A stretch of 64,000 nt of DNA from Antedon mediterranea (lineage: Eukaryota > Animalia > Echinodermata): positions 17,295,648 through 17,359,647 of the forward strand of contig NC_092673.1 in assembly GCF_964355755.1 (NCBI RefSeq), written 5' to 3'. Under the pieces are notes generated by a model, which saw only the letters and a program-made list of their open reading frames with translations, made no database searches and was not told the origin of the DNA. Position numbers and translations under genes: made by a program. Numbering within the stretch: the stretch's first letter is position 1; the number at the start of each line of letters is the position of its first letter. This document shows positions 1 to 14,149 of this stretch, piece after piece.

Positions 1-744
1 AGTAATTTATTTATGATATATATATGTTACATTTAATTAATATTTATTTTTTCTACTAGAAACAAGTTAAATAGATATATTATTAAACTATCCTTCGTGA
101 AAACAAGTCAACAACAATCTATCTGCTATGCCAGGGCTAGGTAGTGCCATTGTTAACCCACTCACTATAGTTCATCCTCATTATCACTTTGGTAATAGTA
201 GTGTACAATGATTGACAGAGTATTGACATATTTCATTTTATTATCACTCTGTGTAAATATAACCTAAATGGTAATATTACAGAGAGTTATAAACTGCTGT
301 GTTCTATTTATTATCTTTGTTTAACATTAGAATACAATGTTAATATTAAATCTATGGTAAAGATTATCTGATAACAAATTGTATAACAGGAACTCAATAA
401 AACAAAACAAACTAATCATTAATAACAATTTCTACCCTGGTTTTCTGTATAAGTGTTATAATGAACTTGTTATCATATAAACTGTCTGACCAGAGCAATA
501 TGTAAAAAAATATATTTAGATTATAAAGATAATAAATGTTTGCTAAAGTCTTATGACTGAACCAGACCAGATCAAATGTGAGATAACAAATTACCTACAG
601 TCTTTAATATGACTATGTATAGTCCCCTGAACCAGACCAGATCAAATGTGAGATAAACAAATTACCTATCAGAGGTCCCTGTAGCCCAACAGAAGATTAA
701 CCAAAAATGAAATTTCAAATAAAACCAATTTTGACAAATATAGT

Positions 745-903
745 CAGGGCCGTACACAGGATTTTATTTGGGTGGATGCTGATTAATATATTTTGGACCA
801 TTTTCATAATATTGATTGAAGACGATAAGACCCTATAAAATGTGGACCTTTTGCAATTGGGGGGGGGGATGTCATCCCCCCCCCCCCCCTGCGTACGACC
901 CTG
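745..903. mobile_element. Small non-autonomous TIR element (MITE) with 5-bp TSD, hAT5-like
   Basis: Left end CAGGGCCGTACACAGG; right end reverse-complements to CAGGGTCGTACGCAGG; ATAGT on both sides (740-744, 904-908). Confidence 0.7.
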
Positions 904-972
904 ATAGTGACCCATGAAACCCAAAAAAGAGAGCACATCAACCAGATCTAACATGGGATACCACATAAGACT

Positions 973-3900
973 AATTCAATTCAATTCAATTCAATTCAAT
1001 TCAAAATTCTTTAATCATCCCACACGGGGCAATTCAAATAAAAAGGTCTGGATTAAAATGATCTTACAAAATATACAAAATATCACAATACACAGAACAA
1101 AAAAAAAAAAAAAAAGTCAAGTCAAGGTTCAAGAATTTAAGAGTCGAATAGCCACTGGCAAAAAAGAATTCCTTTTCCGGTTTGTTCTACATGCCGGGCA
1201 TCGAAAGCGACGCCCATGATTCATGAGCTCGAAATCACTGAACAAGGCATGGTTAATATTTTTTAGAATAGCTCTACTTTTTTCTAGAGTTTGCATGTCA
1301 CAGAAAGAAGATAAGCTACGAAGTTGACAACCTATTAATTTAGAACTTAAGTTAACAATTCTTTGTAGTGAGTTTTTCTCTTTGACCCTAAGACTAAAAA
1401 ACCAGCATATAAAGGAAAAAGTTAAAACGTTCTCAATAAAGGAATTATAAAAAACCCTAAGAATTACTTTATCGACATTAAAATGGTTCAGCTTCCTTAA
1501 CAGATAAAGTCTCTGGTGTCCTTTCTTTACTATTGCCTCTGTGTTTAATTCCCAGCCGAGATTGTCCTCAAATATAGTACCTAGGTATTTAAAGGAATGG
1601 ACAATATCGACTGGTTCGTCATTTATAATGGATACCCGGGGGTTGCGTCCTTTCTCCTTCCTAAAATCTACAATCATCTCCTTGGTTTTGGTCACATTGA
1701 GTTCCAAGTAGGAGTTTCCACAAAATTGGATAAAATCATCTAAAGCGGAACCATGGCCGTCCTGTGAATTTTGAAGGAGAGACAGCAAGACAGTGTCGTC
1801 AGCAAATTTAACAAGATGACTATTGTCCTGTTTGCTGCGACAGTCATCCGTGTATATAATATACAGGAGAGGAGAGAGGACGCAACCCTGGGGGGATCCA
1901 ATACTTGTCATACGTACATTCGATTGTCTTTGGTTAACTAAGACCCTCTGACATCTGTTCGTAAGAAAACTTATAATCCATAATACAAAATCACGTTGAA
2001 AACCAAAATTCGAAATTAATTTGTTTGCTAAAATATAAGGGTGCATGGTATTGAAGGCAGAAGAGAAGTTGGCGAATAACATTCTGGCGTGAGATCGAGG
2101 CAGTTCAAGGTGCTTGTACAATGTGTTTAATAAAAAAAGCTTGGCATCCTCAACACCTCTTCCAGACCTGTATGCAAACTGCAGTGGATCGAGTTTAGAC
2201 TCTACAACAGACGTGATGTAGGTTTTAACTATCTTTTTAAAGATTTTCATAACAAGAGATGTCAGCGCAATAGGGCGCAGATCATTCAGTTGTTTTATGA
2301 CAGTCTGTTTAGGAATAGGTTTTATAATCGATTCTTTCCAAAGATTAGGAACTACACACTGGTTTATAGAGGTCTGGAAGAGGTACCGAAGGACACCACT
2401 GAGCTGATCCGCACACGACTTTAATGTTCTGCCCTCAATACCATCGGGACCAGAACTCTTATTTACATTTATATTCCTGAGTAATGTTCTAACATGATCC
2501 TCAGAAATAATAATTTCATCTACATGCGGATCATTATTGCCAACAGTGTCGTCTTTTAAATTGTGTTTTTCAAACCTAGCAAAGAAGTCGTTTAATCTAT
2601 CTGGCAATGCCTGGTCATCAATACCCTCTACATTTATTTTATTTCTTTGTGTTTTATCAGCTGTGTTTATAGACGCCATATGTTTAATTCCTTGCCAAGC
2701 ACTACGAATACATCCACTACTAAACTTATTTTCAATTTTTCTCTTATACATGTCTTTAGCCTTACGGACAGCTACTTTAACTTCTTTATTTATTTGCTTA
2801 TTATCATGAGTGGTGCCTTGGTAAAAAATCCGTTTTTTCTTATTTAATATGTCTTTCAACTCTTTCGTAACCCACGGCTTATTATTTGCAAAAACGACAA
2901 CCTCTTTTTTCGGTATTACTGAATCAACACAATAATTTACATATGATGTTATAACATCCGCCATTTCGTTTAGATTTGGTGACGACTCATAAAATACTTG
3001 CCAATCAGTGCATTCAAAACACCCTCTTAAACGTTCGATACTGTCCAAAGTCCACAATTTAACAGTCTTGACTATTTTGTCCTTCCTCTGGATAACTGGG
3101 ACATATTTTGGAATCAGATTCACACAATTGTGGTCCGACGCACCAAGCGGTGGTAATGCCACGGACCTATATGCGCTTGGAACTGTACCGTAGCATAAAT
3201 CTATTGTTTTATCTTTACGAGTAGGGCAGGTTACATATTGGTGGTATATTCTGAGCACTTTACCAAGCTTGTGTTGGTTGAAATCGCCCAATATGAGCCT
3301 GGGTGCATCAGGTGACAATGTCTCCAACTTGTGCGTATTTTCAGACAAGATTTCAGCTGCTCGTGTAGAATTAGCCTTTGGGTGTATATACACAACTGTA
3401 ACAAATAACTGTGGAAATTCCCGCGGACAATAGAATGGTCTCAGTGAAATTGTCAACAATTCAATATCAGGTGTACATTGCTTATCGCGAACAATAGTTA
3501 TGTTGCACCATCGTTTGTTTACAAATAAGCATACACCACCGCCAATGTCTTTTCCGGATTGTTTTGTCCTATCTCCTCGAATTAGGGTGAATCCATCAAT
3601 TTTGACACTTTCATTAAGGACATTTTCGCTCAACCACGTTTCTGTAAAACATAATAGATTGGCTTCTCTAAAAACCCTATCATATCGAATATTTGTCCAA
3701 ACCTCATCCATTTTATTTTTTAATGACCGAACGTTTGCCAAAACAATTGTTGGCAAGGGTAAGCGATATTTATTTTTCCTTATCCTCTGTCTTTCTCCTC
3801 CTTTCTTACCCCTCTTTCTTCTTTTATGTCTGCTATTATTGTCGTAGTTGTTTCCTTTGCTAATTATATCTAGGCTTAGGCGTGTTACATCTTGTATTGT

Positions 3901-4165
3901 GTCGCTCTTCGATCTAAGGCTTAGCAGCGCTTCCCTGCTGTAGACCAGTCTACCGTGACCGATACCATCGACGCTAACACAAAAAACACAACATCGTATG
4001 AACAGTAAAAGTGACAAAACTCCACAAACCACGTAATTAGATCCACAATACATTCTTACAAGTGTCAATCAACAAGATTACTCCAAAAAAGTTACTAATT
4101 TAACAAAAATCGAATTTAGATCACAACAAGAATCCAGCCTTAGACATCGCCACTGAGCAGCGCCA
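973..4165 (-). mobile_element. Near full-length non-LTR retrotransposon, Rex1/Babar-like
   Basis: Single APE+RT ORF; (AATTC)n microsatellite 3' tail at 973-1004; N-terminal YSREALLSLR..RKRGKKGG..P.I.LANVRSL and C-terminal RTNR.RNSF.P.AIRLLN typical of Rex/Babar. 5' boundary approximate. Confidence 0.8.
1129..4068 (-). CDS. LINE endonuclease-reverse transcriptase, 979 aa (motif A Asp->Asn)
   Basis: APE motifs FTETWL, GGGVC, GDFN, SDH; RT motifs RPIALTS, QFAYR, GSPQG, FADD, YLG. Motif A reads LFANFSSAFN rather than D-FSSAF. Confidence 0.9.
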   Translation of the reverse strand: MTLVRMYCGSNYVVCGVLSLLLFIRCCVFCVSVDGIGHGRLVYSREALLSLRSKSDTIQDVTRLSLDIISKGNNYDNNSRHKRRKRGKKGGERQRIRKNKYRLPLPTIVLANVRSLKNKMDEVWTNIRYDRVFREANLLCFTETWLSENVLNESVKIDGFTLIRGDRTKQSGKDIGGGVCLFVNKRWCNITIVRDKQCTPDIELLTISLRPFYCPREFPQLFVTVVYIHPKANSTRAAEILSENTHKLETLSPDAPRLILGDFNQHKLGKVLRIYHQYVTCPTRKDKTIDLCYGTVPSAYRSVALPPLGASDHNCVNLIPKYVPVIQRKDKIVKTVKLWTLDSIERLRGCFECTDWQVFYESSPNLNEMADVITSYVNYCVDSVIPKKEVVVFANNKPWVTKELKDILNKKKRIFYQGTTHDNKQINKEVKVAVRKAKDMYKRKIENKFSSGCIRSAWQGIKHMASINTADKTQRNKINVEGIDDQALPDRLNDFFARFEKHNLKDDTVGNNDPHVDEIIISEDHVRTLLRNINVNKSSGPDGIEGRTLKSCADQLSGVLRYLFQTSINQCVVPNLWKESIIKPIPKQTVIKQLNDLRPIALTSLVMKIFKKIVKTYITSVVESKLDPLQFAYRSGRGVEDAKLFLLNTLYKHLELPRSHARMLFANFSSAFNTMHPYILANKLISNFGFQRDFVLWIISFLTNRCQRVLVNQRQSNVRMTSIGSPQGCVLSPLLYIIYTDDCRSKQDNSHLVKFADDTVLLSLLQNSQDGHGSALDDFIQFCGNSYLELNVTKTKEMIVDFRKEKGRNPRVSIINDEPVDIVHSFKYLGTIFEDNLGWELNTEAIVKKGHQRLYLLRKLNHFNVDKVILRVFYNSFIENVLTFSFICWFFSLRVKEKNSLQRIVNLSSKLIGCQLRSLSSFCDMQTLEKSRAILKNINHALFSDFELMNHGRRFRCPACRTNRKRNSFLPVAIRLLNS

Positions 4166-4440
4166 GGTATTCATTGTGAATACCTGTTTTAACACCCACT
4201 TAGCGTATGTGGACTTGTATCAGAATGGATGACACAATTGCAGTAAATGCATAACTAAACAATTAGTTAATGATATGACTAGAAACCTACTTAAACAAAT
4301 TAATTTCAAAAAAATAAAAGTTACAGTTATTTGGCAAATATAATTTGTTATAAACTAGAAATCTAGTTAGTCAACAGCAAAGTAAAAGATTAGGTCTCTT
4401 TAGAATACAGTGTGTGGTATTATGTTTGGACACTAAGAAA

Positions 4441-7400
4441 ACTAGAAAGACACTCCGAGAGTGCATACCTCCGCCTACTGTGAAATTCTCCTACATAAGA
4501 TTTCTCCGGTAAAAAAGAAATATATATATTATATTTGTGTGTGTCTAAATGCTGTTTGTGATTTAGGCTAATTTCACTACACTAGATGGCACGCTCGCTT
4601 CGCTCGCGTACCATCTAGGTCGTGCCCACAGATGGTTCTCGAATACACAGTATTTCCAGCGAGAAAAAAATGGAGATTTCAAGTGTACGTACCGCAGGAC
4701 TATAATACATTGTCGTTTACAGAAACGAATAAATATACACAATGATTTATGTAGTCAACCAAAATTAGCACCCTGGGAATTACTTCCGAGAGAGAGAGAG
4801 AAACAAAATGAGTCAAAATTTTTTATTTGGACTCATTTAAACAAACCCAATTTGTGTTTTGTATGTAACATTAAGGGTTGAGGGATGGGGGAAGAAGATA
4901 GGTACAAAGAGGAAACATTTTAAAATATATTCTTATCCACTCAGTAATGAAATATTGTTTTTAATGTGTTATAGGCCTATAAATAATATACCACTAAATA
5001 CAGTAAAACATTTACGATTTGATACGGTACTTTGTTAAAACTCTCACTGTCATAGTCGATTGAAATAGTAAAGTACATGTAACGATACACCACTACAACG
5101 TTTATATATTTTTAAATTATTAATTAATACAAACGTTGAGAAGCAACTGTCAGTAATAACGTTTATTTATTTGTATATTATATGTTTATAATCTAACAGT
5201 AGGGCCTACCCACACTCACAGTAATAAAGTTTATTTGTATATATTTTTATATTACATCTAAAGCTCGAGTCCCACGATCGGGTTTTTTCTTCCGTCTTCC
5301 AAAGGGACTTGTATTGATTGATAGGACGTCAGGAGAAGAGTGTTGCAATCCCACAGTCATTTCTTCACTTGGTCACTAATGACCTACTTTTTGAATAGAA
5401 TGTCATAAGCTTGCAATTTAGGGACAATCTTTGTATATTGTAGGTATTCAAGGATTGACCTTGTCAACCATTGTGTAAATACTTTCTCTGCTCTCTGCTT
5501 TGCTATTCTATTTATCATTTAGAATTCAATTGTGATATTGTATTCTTAATACAAATCAAAATGGATTTAGTGTTACTTTCGAAAGTTTTGATCATTTTGT
5601 ATATGGTAAGAGAACTAAATAAACGCAAGCAGAAGAAAAAACGATTGCAAAAGAAACGCAGTGTGTGGGTGAAAACATGGATACAGCGGCAAAAATCCCA
5701 TGGAGCATACCATGATTTAATAAAGGAACTGGAAGTAGAAGACATAGAAAAATATAATAATTTTATCTATAATTATATATAAATATATAATATATTATGA
5801 CTTTTAATAACACTTTATAATCTTTGTATTCCATTCAACTCCTAACTAAAGTTATTTCAGGTATCTATAATCAAAAGATATATAGTGAACTATATTATAT
5901 CTCTCTGCTACAATATTCAGATGTTGATCCCTACCAAGCCAAATTCCTGCCCATCTGATTGGCTATTGGTGTAAAAAACTGGTGTCAGTTTCGTTAATAA
6001 TAGGACATGCACTAAAACTTATAAGTCACTATTTTCTCTCTTTTATACACAAGGGAGCAGTTAAAATAATAGATTTGACCCTAAAGGTGACTGGAAACAG
6101 GCACTTTCCATCAATCAATACAGTGTCCCTTTGGAAGACTGAAGAAAAAACCCGATCGTGGGACTCGAGCTTTAACAGTACCAACACTCACAGTAAGAAA
6201 TTTGCGATTCAAATTGCCATCAAAAGTGGTTAATACCTTAACAGTATTGTACAGCATTGCAATACTATTTATGTTTATTCTCCAAGGGGGCCCATAAATC
6301 TAAATCTATACCTCTATGGTTAAACCAAATAATTTGGAATGTTTATTTGTATATTATATGTTTATAATCTAACAGTAGGGCCTACCCACACTCACAGTAA
6401 TAAAGTTTATTTGTATATATTTTTATATTACATCTAACAGTACCAACACTCACAGTAAGAAATTTGCGATTCAAATTGCGATCAAAAGTGGTTAATACCT
6501 TAACAGTATTGTACAGCATTGCAATACTATTTTTGTTTATTCTCCAAGGGGGCCCATAAATCTAAATCTATACCTCTATGGTTAAACCAAATAATTTGGA
6601 ATGTTCCATTCATCACAAATCAATACATTTGTAAAAACGTATATTAAATGTATCAAAATAGTATTTTTTAAAGAAAATCGGCCTGTCTTCAACATTATGA
6701 TGCTGTACTCGAACTGTTCAACCGGTTTTCAGCTATTAAAAACAATTATCGTAGGAGGAGATAGGAAAATGCGAAGCCTCCTCGCATTTTTGTGGCGGGT
6801 ATTTTTCAAGATGGACATCCATTAGACAGTGTATACCACGATCGGAAAACACCCCTATTTGGGGCAAATCGTTGAACCTAAATTCGTTTTAACCGTCAAT
6901 AACTAATTATCTAACTTAATTTAATTAGTAAACAGGGTTACATCAGGTGGTTAAAATCAGTACCGAAAGTACGAACCAACTTTATATACCATCGAGTAAA
7001 AATTCTAGAAGTAAGGCGCGATTTACCGAATTTTGCCCTTACGTAAATTTATATATAGAAGCATGTGTATGCGAGTTTGGTTTAATGGCTATGTAACAAG
7101 TCTTTCAATTAACAATAGCTTCAGTTGACTAACAATAGAACAGCAACGCGAAAATCAAACGAGTGAATTTGAAAAGAAATAGGTTTTTTAAACTACTCGC
7201 ATCAAAAAACGTTGTACAAAAATGAAGTTTTTTGGAAAAGTAGTTCTCGAGAAAATGCAATTTTAGTTTATTTGTTACTTTAAGACTGCTCGCCGGCTTT
7301 TGGAAAATTCTGTCCTATCTTTTAACACTAGCAGGTCTGAATAGTATACTAAAAAAGTGTTCCAGAATTGGGACCATGGTCCCAAATGGTCCCAACATTT

Positions 7401-7552
7401 AGTGGAATGGTCCTTGACCACATATCTATCCGTATATTCATTTTGGTAAAGATCTTGTAATTACTTTTTGAGTAATCCTGCTAACAAACAAACAAACAGA
7501 CAGACAAACAAACCCAGGCGATCGATTACATATACCTCCTTGGCGGAGGTAA
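4441..7552 (-). mobile_element. Helentron/HINE (DINE-1-like) non-autonomous element with nested insertions
   Basis: Subterminal inverted repeats TACCTCCGCC (4466-4475) and GGCGGAGGTA (7542-7551); local palindrome ACCTCCTTGGCGGAGGT; (AAAC/AGAC)n microsatellite at about 7483-7513; CACTCCGAGAGTG stem-loop next to a CTAG end at 4442. Confidence 0.6.
5261..6172 (+). mobile_element. PIF/Harbinger internal-deletion derivative
   Basis: About 48-bp TIRs (AAGCTCGAGTCCCACGATCGGGTTTTTTCTTC...); TA/TAA target; the empty site CATCTAACAG is visible in the neighbouring duplicate (about 6431); internal ORF 5471-5782 has the RSVWVKTWIQR..HGAYHDLIKEL..ED...Y.NF pattern of Harbinger transposase N-termini. Confidence 0.75.
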
Positions 7553-8199
7553 ACAAGTTTTTATGGAAAATCTTTATAGCCTAAATACTTTTGGGGAATT
7601 AGAAGGTGATCCATGCAAACTACACAAGTTTAGAAGAAAATAAAATGCAAAGGCTTTGCCACTATGGCTATGTCGAAAAACACCCTTATGACATTTTCTT
7701 TAAAGAAATTTAATTTCTTAATTGTAGAAACAAACCCATTTTGAGTAAGAAATAGAAAAATGTGAAACTAGAGAAATAAAAGAGGATAAATTATGTTTTT
7801 TAATAATTTTTCTGTATAAACATACCCAATGTTTGACAATTTTATAGCTAAAACAATTTTTGTCAGATATTTTTCTTATGAAAAAAAGTACTGTAATTGT
7901 TCAGTAAGAGTTGATCAGGAATTGTGTTTCATTTCGGAATCCTTTTAGCCATGTTTGTTTTTGTACTTGAGAAAAATGTTATGCAGATTGTCAACAAGCT
8001 TAAAACATTGAGAAAAACAAGGGGCCTGATTATTATTAATGACCGTTGTTTGCCTGTTGCCCCTAGATACAGCCAAACAAATCCTATCAAAATCATTATC
8101 GTCAGTTTAATATTAACTTTGTATTTAAACAAAAGATAAAGTAAAAATCATCTGATTGTTTGAAACATGTATAAAGGTTATACAAATGTTTGGTTATTG

Positions 8200-11100
8200 C
8201 TTTATGATCCATTTATTAATAGACTAAAATGCACTGCTTCCTCAGGGCTGTTAGTCAGGGTATTTGTGTGGGGTATTGTACTACCTTACTTTATGATCCA
8301 TTTATTAATAGACTAAAATGCACTGCTTCCCCAGGGCTGTTAGACAGGGTATTTGTGTGGGGTATTGTACTACCTTACTTTATGATCCATTTATTAATAG
8401 ACTAAAATGCACTGCTTCCTCAGGGCTGTTAGTCAGGGTATTTGTGTGGGGTATTGTACTACCTTACTTTATGATCCATTTATTAATAGACTAAAATGCA
8501 CTGCTTCCCCAGGGCTGTTAGTCAGGGTATTTGTGTGGGGTATTGTACTACCTTACTTTATGATCCATTTATTAATAGACTAAAATGCACTGCTTCCCCA
8601 GGGCTGTTAGTCAGGGTATTTGTGTGGGGTATTGTACTACCTTACTTTATGATCCATTTATTAATAGACTAAAATGCACTGCTTCCCCAGGGCTGTTAGT
8701 CAGGGTATTTGTGTGGGGTATTGTACTACATTACTTTATGATCCATTTATTAATAGACTAAAATGCACTGCTTCCCCAGGGCTGTTAGTCAGGGTATTTG
8801 TGTGGGGTATTGTACTACCTTACTTTATGATCCATTTATTAATAGACTAAAATGCACTGCTTCCCCAGGGCTGTTAGTCAGGGTATTTGTGTGGGGTATT
8901 GTACTACCTTACTTTATGATCCATTTATTAATAGACTAAAATGCACTGCTTCCCCAGGGCTGTTAGTCAGGGTACTTGTGTGGGGTATTGTACTACCTTA
9001 CTTTATGATCCATTTATTAATAGACTAAAATGCACTGCTTCCTCAGGGCTGTTAGTCAGGGTATTTGTGTGGGGTATTGTACTACCTTACTTTATGATCC
9101 ATTTATTAATAGACTAAAATGCACTGCTTCCCCAGGGCTGTTAGTCAGGGTATTTGTGTGGGGTATTGTACTACCTTACTTTATGATCCATTTATTAATA
9201 GACTAAAATGCACTGCTTCCCCATGGCTGTTAGTCAAGGGTACTTGTGTGGGGTATTGTACTACCTTACTTTATGATCCATTTATTAATAGACTAAAATG
9301 CACTGCTTCCCCAGGGCTGTTAGTCAGGGTACTTGTGTGGGGTATTGTACTACCTTACTTTATGATCCATTTATTAATAGACTAAAATGCACTGCTTCCC
9401 CAGGGCTGTTAGTCAGGGTATTTGTGTGGGGTATTGTACTACCTTACTTTATGATCCATTTATTAATAGACTAAAATGCACTGCTTCCCCAGGGCTGTTA
9501 GTCAGGGTATTTGTGTGGGGTATTGTACTACCTTACTTTATGATCCATTTATTAACAGACTAAAATGCACTGCTTCCCCAGGGCTGTTAGTCAGGGTATT
9601 TGTGTGGGGTATTGTACTACCTTACTTTATGATCCATTTATTAATAGACTAAAATGCACTGCTTCTCCAGGGCTGTTAGTCAGGGTATTTGTGTGGGGTA
9701 TTGTACTACCTTTACTTTATGATCCATTTATTAATAGACTAAAATGCACTGCTTCCCCAGGGCTGTTAGTCAGGGTATTTGTGTGGGGTATTGTACTACC
9801 TTACTTTATGATCCATTTATTAATAGACTAAAATGCACTGCTTCCCCCAGGGCTGTTAGTCAGGGTATTTGTGTGGGGTATTGTACTACCTTACTTTATG
9901 ATCCATTTATTAATAGACTAAAATGCACTGCTTCCCCAGGGCTGTTAGACACAGGGCATTTGTGTGGGGTATTGTACTACCTTACTTTATGATCCATTTA
10001 TTAATAGACTAAAATGCACTGCTTCCCAGCAGGGCTGTTAGTCAGGGTATTTGTGTGGGGTATTGTACTACCTTACTTTATGATCCATTTATTAATAGAC
10101 TAAAATGTACTGCTTCCCCAGGGCTGTTAGTCAGGGTATTTGTGTGGGGTATTGTACTACCTTACTTTATGATCCATTTATTAATAGACTAAAATGTACT
10201 GCTTCCCCAGGGCTGTTAGTCAGGGTATTTGTGTGGGGTATTGTACTACCTTACTTTATGATCCATTTATTAATAGACTAAAATGCACTGCTTCCCCAGG
10301 GCTGTTAGTCAAGGTATTTGTGTGGGGTATTGTACTACCTTACTTTATGATCCATTTATTAATAGACTAAAATGCACTGCTTCCCCAGGGTTGTTAGTCA
10401 GGGTATTTGTGTGGGGTATTGTACTACCTTACTTTATGATCCATTTATTAATAGACTAAAATGCACTGCTTCCCAGCAGGGCTGTTAGTCAGGGTATTTG
10501 TGTGGGGTATTGTACTACCTTACTTTATGATCCATTTATTAATAGACTAAAATGTACTGCTTCCCCAGGGCTGTTAGTCAGGGTATTTGTGTGGGGTATT
10601 GTACTACCTTACTTTATGATCCATTTATTAATAGACTAAAATGTACTGCTTCCCCAGGGCTGTTAGTCAGGGTATTTGTGTGGGGTATTGTACTACCTTA
10701 CTTTATGATCCATTTATTAATAGACTAAAATGCACTGCTTCCCCAGGGCTGTTAGTCAGGGTATTTGTGTGGGGTATTGTACTACTGTACCTTACTTTAT
10801 GGTCCATTTATTAATAGACTAAAATGAATTGCTTCCCAGCAAGGCTGTTAGTCAGGGTATTTGTGTGTGGTATTGTACTACCTTACTTTATGATCCATTT
10901 ATTAATAGACTAAAATGCACTGCTTCCCCAGGGCTGTTAGTCAGGGTATTTGTGTGGGGTATTGTACTACCTTACTTTATGATCCATTTATTAATAGACT
11001 AAAATGTACTGCTTCCCCAGGGCTGTTAGTCAGGGTATTTGTGTGGGGTATTGTACTACCTTACTTTATGATCCATTTATTAATAGACTAAAATGTACTG

Positions 11101-12120
11101 CTTCCCCAGGGCTGTTAGTCAGGGTATTTGTGTGGGGTATTGTACTACCTTACTTTATGATCCATTTATTAATAGACTAAAATGCACTGCTTCCACAAGG
11201 CTGTTAGACAGGGTATTTGTGTGGGGTATTGTACTACCTTACTTTATGATCCATTTATTAATAGATTAAAATGCACTGCTTCCCCAGGGCTGTTAGTCAG
11301 GGTATTTGTGTGGGGTATTGTACTACCTTACTTTATGATCCATTTATTAATAAACTAAAATGCACTGCTTTCCCAGGGCTGTTAGTCAGGGTATTTGTGT
11401 GGGGTATTGTACTACCTTACTTTATGATCCATTTATTAATAGACTAAAATGCACTGCTTCCCCAGGGCTGTTAGTCAGGGTATTTGTGTGGAGTATTGTA
11501 CTACCTTACTTTATGATCCATTTATTAATAGACTAAAATGCACTGCTTCCCCAGGGCTGTTAGTCAAGGGTATTTGTGTGGGGTATTGTACTACCTTACT
11601 TTATGATCCATTTATTAATAGACTAAAATGCACTGCTTCCCCAGGGCTGTTAGTCAGGGTATTTGTGTGGGGTATTGTACTACCTTACTTTATGATCCAT
11701 TTATTAATAGACTAAAATGCACTGCTTCCCCAGGGCTGTTAGTCAGGGTATTTGTGTGGGGTATTGTACTACCTTACTTTATGATACATTTATTAATAGA
11801 CTAAAATGCACTGCTTCCCCAGGGCTGTTAGTCAGGGTATTTGTGTGGGGTATTGTACTACCTTACTTTATGATCCATTTATTAATAGACTAAAATGCAC
11901 TGCTTCCCCAGGGCTGTTAGTCAAGGGTACTTGTGTGGGGTATTGTACTACCTTACTTTATGATCCATTTATTAATAGACTAAAATGCACTGCTTCCCCA
12001 TGGCTGTTAGTCAAGGGTACTTGTGTGGGGTATTGTACTACCTTACTTTATGATCCATTTATTAATAGACTAAAATGCACTGCTTCCCCAAGGCTGTTAG
12101 TCAGGGTATTTGTGTGGGGT
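8200..12120. repeat. 89-bp minisatellite, about 44 copies
   Basis: Unit CTTTATGATCCATTTATTAATAGACTAAAATGCACTGCTTCCCCAGGGCTGTTAGTCAGGGTATTTGTGTGGGGTATTGTACTACCTTA; near-identical copies, no unique spacers. Confidence 0.97.
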
Positions 12121-14149
12121 ATGCAGTAATACGATAGTTTAGTTTAGTTCTGTAGTTATAATGCTTTATATTTCACATGACAGAAGATTGTAAAAATCTG
12201 TTGAATCAGTAAGTTTGTCTAACCTGCATAACATAATACCACACTCTTTTTGGTAGAAATACACCAGGAGTAGATCCAGGATTTAGAGGGGACGGCTAAT
12301 AATAGACTGGGGAAAGAAGCCTAGAGAAAGAAGCCTAGGCCCCATGGTTCTAATCAAAATTTTAAAATGTCCTCTTTCGCCATGCTTTTATAAAGTCTCC
12401 CACCATTTAATTTTTATGATTTCGGACCTCCACATACTAAAATGGCAGTGCGAAATAACACTTTTGGTTTTTAATAATAAATGATATAATTATTAAATAA
12501 AGAATTGTTTATCTCATAATAAATATATTTAATTTAAAATAAAGTTCTGTTCTTATTATCCATAATTGTTATTTTAAAATATTTTGTATAAAGCTGGTAG
12601 ATTGCTCACAATAAAATACAGACAGTAGTTTTTGTTTCATTATGCAAAAATATGATTTTTTTTAAATTAATAATTTTTTTTAAATTAATAATTTATAATT
12701 AGGTGATACATTTAATATCTATAGCTTCTAGTGCATTCTTTATACAAATACCAATTTCTGATAAATAAAATGAATGTGATGTGAAGTAGGATTGGCTTTC
12801 CCATGGATATCTTTTTTCCTTCTTGATATACCTTAGTACCAATAATTAACCAGTATATAGGCCAATAAATAATATTATCAATAATATTATCACAACATAA
12901 AATGGCATAGTAGGCCTCTATTAACCAAACAGAGCCTCCTAATTAGCCTTAATATAAATTGTTTTTTATACCTAAACAATTCCTGGTAATCAAAATACAC
13001 ATTATTATCCTAAAGCACAAAATATTATTAACAAATATAGCCACGACACTTTATTAATTTTATTTAATCAGCAAAGCATCTATTATGAATTAAAAATACA
13101 CATAGTTATGTGATGTTTTGTTCCAAAATCAATAAATCTTATAGTGTACAGTACAAGCGCAAGCAAGTACTTCTGTACACTTTGCACATCAATAATTCAC
13201 CATCAAATATGCAATTACATTTTTAAAAATATAAGAAAACGTTTAAAGTATTTGTTGCTCCTAATCTATACTTTACATGGATTAATGGAGATAATTTTGA
13301 AAAAGTTTGAACTGTATATCACTTGACTTTGAAGTTTAACCCAATGTTGTGACTCTTTGTATATGGCACTAGCTCCGCTCATAATTCATTCGTTTGCATT
13401 GGTCGAATATGAATTATGATATCTTCCTAACACTATCTTTGTTTAAATGAAGTTTGCAAACGATAGATAGGTAAACAAGACTTATATTTTCTATTATAGG
13501 CTAGCATGCAAGATTGATTAGGAAGTCATGTGATGCACAGAAGCAGTGACAATTATAAACACCTTATAGTCAAGTAGCGTGTTTATGTAGAGCTTTTCAG
13601 TCGAACTGATTTACCAGTGGATGGAGGATTGTTTCCAGGGTAGGGTACCAACAATTGTGTTGTTCAGATTCAGTTGTATTGTAGTGTGAGTTTTTATATT
13701 ATTTTTACAGAATATTTAATTTGACTTTACAGAATTGTGCTTTGTTTTATGACAATTACAGGAATAGCAATACTTTGTTTGGAAATGTTGGTTTATGGCA
13801 ACCCAGTTGCATCCATTGAAAGTGTTTTCTGACTATTTTATTTTTACTGTACAGCAAAAATTGCAATACAATAAAATTACAGATTTTAATTCGAAATTCA
13901 GAGGCTTAAAAGCTAATCTTGGTGCACACACTACAAGGGTGATAACTATCTTTTGCTCAAATTCTGCCTATGTTATCACTTACCTTTCAGGCCTTTCGTT
14001 TAATAGCACATGAATTGTTCAATAAACTTGAGTTAAAAGGTAATTTCAAACCTACTAATGTCTGTTACAAAGGTCACAGAAGTTAGGCTGCTGAATATCT
14101 TTGAACAAAACATGTCTGACGTGAAAATAAAAAAAGGTATATTAGTCTG

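Noticed and set aside
9119-12129. Repeated Cys-rich ORFs in the 89-bp array (likewise 53288-54311 in the 88-bp array)
   Set aside because: Unit lengths are not multiples of 3; the ORFs are by-products of the tandem repeats.
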